From Podarcis muralis (taxonomy: Eukaryota), in NCBI RefSeq assembly GCF_964188315.1, contig NC_135657.1, positions 111,166,001-111,230,000 on the forward strand: DNA of 64,000 bases. Direction: 5' to 3'. A program made the position numbers and the translations under genes. Shown in pieces: positions 59,614-64,000 of this stretch. Each line of letters begins with the position of its first letter. Within the stretch, counting starts at the first letter, position 1. The notes under the pieces were generated by a model. The model was not told where the DNA came from and made no database searches. It saw only the letters and a program-made list of their open reading frames with translations.

Positions 59614-59889
59614 NNNNNNNNNNNNNNNNNNNNNNNNNNNNNNNNNNNNNNNNNNNNNNNNNNNNNNNNNNNNNNNNNNNNNNNNNNNNNNNNNNNNNNN
59701 NNNNNNNNNNNNNNNNNNNNNNNNNNNNNNNNNNNNNNNNNNNNNNNNNNNNNNNNNNNNNNNNNNNNNNNNNNNNNNNNNNNNNNNNNNNNNNNNNNNN
59801 NNNNNNNNNNNNNNNNNNNNNNNNNNNNNNNNNNNNNNNNNNNNNNNNNNNNNNNNNNNNNNNNNNNNNNNNNNNNNNNNNNNNNNNNN
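59614..59889. other. Assembly gap (276 N)
   Basis: Run of N. Confidence 1.
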
Positions 59890-60816
59890 GAACGAGTTCA
59901 ATGCCATAATTCCAACTTTAAATATTGATTTAGGGAATTCAACACAATGTTTTGTGCTGTGTGAATTTTATATAAAGACAAATATTAATTTTATGTATTA
60001 TATGTATGTATATAGAACCACGGCAAGGCTGTTAGCAGTATGTGCATGAGTTAATAGTGATCTATATTAAGTCATTTTGATATTATTGCAGTCATAATGA
60101 ATCAATGATATTCCCGTCATCATTGTAATACTGTTTGTAACCCATTAGCACAGAGAAATTACAACCCATCATACCTCATTATAGTGATTGAGGGTTTATT
60201 ACCATATTCTCAAATTGCTTGCTTGCGATAAAACTAAATAGGCACCAGACAACTGTAGGTAGACCATAGACTATGTGTTATCATACTAGGGTAATGAAGG
60301 ATTGTTATAGCATAATAGGACAAAATCTATGCAGAAAATAAACTTGCCAGTTGAAAAGAGCCGGAGAGTATTTTTTATACTTGTCAGTGTATTAAAGGTC
60401 AAACATTTGTTTTCATCATACTGTTTAGCAAATTTCAAGAGTCATATGGCTTTTACACTTGAATAGGTGCTGCACTGGAACCTTTTAAAGCCTTTAGATC
60501 ACATACTGTAACGTGAAGCTCGTACATAAACTGACAAGCTCTATGGTGGTATTTAAATAGCATCATTTTTGTTGCAGAACTGTACCAATTATTTTTTACT
60601 AAATCCCATTGTTCTATTGAGTTATGTGCATTGTTTGAGAGAAGGGGACTTAGACTCTTAAGAGTCGCAATCAAGAGTGACACATTGTATGCCAGAAGCA
60701 ACTTTTGGGCCCTCCAAACATTGAGGGACTCCTATCTCCCTGTTCGTTGGGACATGCCTTATGGTGCTGATGTGAGTCCGAGTCCCCATCCAGTCAAACA
60801 GAAAAGGGGCATATGC

Positions 60817-60860
<44 letters not shown>
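60817..60860. repeat. (TAT)n microsatellite
   Basis: About 15 units. Confidence 0.95.
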
Positions 60861-60861
<1 letters not shown>

Positions 60862-61254
60862 TAGTTGAATTTTTTGATCACTTTCTCTTGCCAAAGACAG
60901 CTCAAAGCAGCTTACAAGCAAAAAAGAAAATAAACAAAAATCTGCATTAATATATTAAAATGCATGGATACATTTAAAGCAAACATAAATACATTAAACT
61001 GCACAGATACATTAAAAACAAACACATGTTTCACCAATATTTTGGCACTTAGACTTTGGACAACTAAACTGAAAGGGCTGGTCATTGATAAATTATGAAA
61101 GCTCATTTCAAACTGGATTATTATTTTTATCTACAGGACAGGTAGAATTGCAAGCATATGCGAGAGTTTATTGTCCTGGGGTAAAATTTGTTTCACATTT
61201 TATGTGTGTGCGTTTGTCTTCGAGAGAGTTTTTCTTTGTGTGCTTATGTCCAAC

Positions 61255-61465
61255 TCCGTTCTGGTGTAGTGGTTAGAGTGCTGGACTAGGAACTGGGAGA
61301 CTCAGCCATGAAGCTCTCTTGGGTCTGTCACAGTCTCTCAGCCTAGCCTGTCTCACAGGGTTGCTGTAAGTATAACAACAGGGAGGAGGCAAATCATTTT
61401 ATGCCCCCTTGAGATCCTTGGAGGAAAGGTAAACTATAAATGTAATAATAGAAATAAAAAATAAG
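61255..61465 (+). mobile_element. Degenerate Squam3-type SINE
   Basis: TGGTGTAGTGGTTAGAGTGCTGGACTAGG head, CTCACAGGGTTGCTGT core, A-rich tail. Confidence 0.65.
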
Positions 61466-62999
61466 TAAAGGATACAGTTTCTACTGAGCTGCAATAAAAT
61501 TGGAGCGGGGATGTCCTGTGTTATGGTTTGCAAGCCATGTATGGTTTCTGAGACGTTTCTCCTAGTCTGTGCTAGTACTCTTGTGTTGAGTCACACTCTG
61601 TCTGGTAATATTGTGGGGAAAGGTCAAGGAGTGTATTTAAAGGGGAAAGCCTTGTTGGCCGTGTTAACTCCCTTTTAATGATGTGTTCCTCTATCTGAGA
61701 GGACTATCAGACTCTTTGTGCATTTGGGTTTTTATATTATCTGAAAAATATAATATCTGAAAAATATAATATAATATCCAGTTGCTCTTGTCTACTGAGT
61801 TGCTCATTTATTTGGCCTTTTCTGAGCAGGTCGTGTAAATGTGGTGTTTTATATCTTTCTAAAATGTTCTTGGGACCTTTCTAGTGCCTGAAATGGTGTC
61901 CTTTAAGGTACTGTTAGAACGTTTAGTGCACAAATTGTGATGGAGATGCAATAAATAAATGTTCTTTTGCTCGGCTAATAAAAATTTGGCTCGGGAGTTA
62001 AAGAATAATTCAGAAGACTTAATAGTTTTATGTTATTGACGGCATTAATCTACTTGAGTCTGAACAGCCCCTGGAAACCTCAATCAAGATTGAGCCTTGT
62101 TGCACTATGGATATGAGGCACAGTCCAAATGCCTGGCCCTGCAGTGAAGGGAAAGGCTCTGCACATCACACATTCAGAATTATGTTACTTATAGATGATA
62201 TACAGAAGACCCAGGAGGCTTTGAACATCATGCATGCTTTGGAGCTCCTGGATCATGGTGGTGGTGTGACTGTGGAATCTGTAACAAATCTGTGCATGCA
62301 TGTGCTTACTTTTTTGGGGGGGGAACGACTCTGAAAGTCAGGAAGTTTTTGTTTTTTTATGGGTATTGGCAGAAAGTGAAGTTTGGTTTGATGCTAGAAG
62401 CTGCTATTATGAACCCGGACTATACTGTTGATTTGTTTGTATCCTTGGCACAAATTTTATAGCAAGGCTGTGGAACTTGCGACCCTCCATGAGTAGGACT
62501 GCACCTCCTATTGTCCTTAACCATTGGCTACGCTGACTGAGGCTGAAAGGAGGTGGCCAGCCAACAACATCTGGAGGGTCACAGATTCCCCATCTGAACT
62601 ATAGAAACCCAGAAGAAGAGCAAGTACACAGGGCTTATGTCAAGCAAGGTATAAAGCCAGCTTTTCCCATTTTAACTGCACGCAGTGGTCATTTTGGTCT
62701 TACAGTATTGAATAGGTAAGATGGCTACTGTGACCACTTAGAATTTTCATGAATGTATAGTGATCTGAGATTCCTGTTCTTTTAACAGAAGTTTATTCTG
62801 GGCTCTCTCTGTCTCTCTCTCTTGACAACATTCCATTTCTGTCTTCTTATGCATGGAGGGTCACATGTGACAAATGAATTACCTAGCTGAAGGACATGGG
62901 AAAGGGCAAATTCTCATGTGGGATTTTGTTCCAACACATTGGTCATGGGGCATTTGCTGGTTCAGCTACCTCTTCCCCGCAGCCCATCTTTATTATTTA

Positions 63000-63249
63000 C
63001 TGTACTTTTCCATGTATAACACGCAGCCATGTATAAGACGACCCCTATTTTTTTGAACCCAATATTAAGAAATCACGATTTCTTGAGTTGAGCTTTTGAG
63101 TGTGGGGGAGATCTCTCACCTGCCGGCCTAGCCACCACCGATCGCAACAACCACGATGCCCCCCCCCTCTATCTGTATATAAGATGACCCCCTATTTTTG
63201 CCTATAATTTTTCAGGGAAAAACATTGTCTTATACATGGAAAAATACAA
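63000..63249. mobile_element. Tc2/pogo-like MITE
   Basis: TA-CTGTACTTTTCCATGTATAA ... TTATACATGGAAAAATACAA-TA inverted ends. Confidence 0.75.
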
Positions 63250-64000
63250 TACTCTGTGTGATGCAGTATCGCAGAGGAGGCTATGGAAGAGAGGTAAAAA
63301 ATTACTTTTGATGGCCACGAAATTTCTGCAAGTGTACCCATACCTGTACATCCTAAGAACCTAAGTTACTATAATCCCTGTTCATATGCTTGTTCACCAG
63401 GACAGTTTTACTGCTGAAAGAAACTTGTCTTCATCCAAAGAGCTGTCACAGTTTGGGAGGAAAGAGTAAACAAAGAGGGATAGTATAGAAAGGATTCATT
63501 GGGAGTCTCCAAGAATGGAGGAAAGAGGGGAGGTTTTAGAGGCTATATTTTCTGCATGTCATGATCTTTGAGGAGGACAGTGTTTGCTCCCTGTCCCACT
63601 TCAGCCAGTCAGTGGTATGAAAACTGGTGATATGGTAATGCCATGATAGATCCTCTCCACCCTGCCTCATGCAGGCCCTTCATCTTCCATCCATCACCTT
63701 CCTTTGTGTATCCTCATTAATCCAAGTTCGAAAACTTCAAAAAGCAAAGCATTCTCATATATATAGGAACAAAGAGCAAGCAAAGATTAAAGACCATAGA
63801 AAGACAAGATAAGAGAATAAATAAATTAACAAAACCAAAAAAGAGGGCCTTCCGATTCTCTTGTCTACCAATTGTATCTATAACAATTATTTAAAGTATT
63901 CAAGGTATACACTCCCAGTTTACTTCTAGCTGTATTAATGTCTAGCTTTTTCTCAGTCTTCAACTCCAGGCACCTCAGATTTGCCTTTTTCCACTCAAAA

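Overview
Vertebrate genomic DNA from a squamate reptile, probably a lacertid lizard (inferred from Sauria SINEs with (ACCTTT)n tails, a BovB LINE end, Squam3-type SINEs and Penelope-like ends). Two + strand genes are present. The first is the last two coding exons (169-313, 1176-1306) of a Kazald-family IGFBP/Kazal/Ig gene that is not KAZALD1 by synteny. The second is the CpG-island promoter and coding exons 1-14 of RANBP17 (ATG 5611; exon 14 ends 37409; 570 codons, all GT-AG, frame continuous); the remaining 26.6 kb is part of its long intron 14. Introns are dense in TA-flanked Tc1/mariner-type MITEs, 8-bp-TSD hAT MITEs, SINEs, CR1/L2 remnants and a solo LTR, and there are two N gaps. The most notable observations are: a perfect 57-bp inverted repeat bracketing the RANBP17 promoter and exon 1; a sense-strand Penelope-type minimal hammerhead ribozyme candidate in intron 1, masked by inverted arms; a well-defined candidate frameshifting exon deep in intron 14; a MITE subfamily with a higher-order minisatellite core; and TA-initial target-site duplications in 6 of 6 Sauria SINEs. 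I see no evidence for a wholly new multi-gene system. All comparisons to reference proteins and repeat consensuses are from memory, not from searches.
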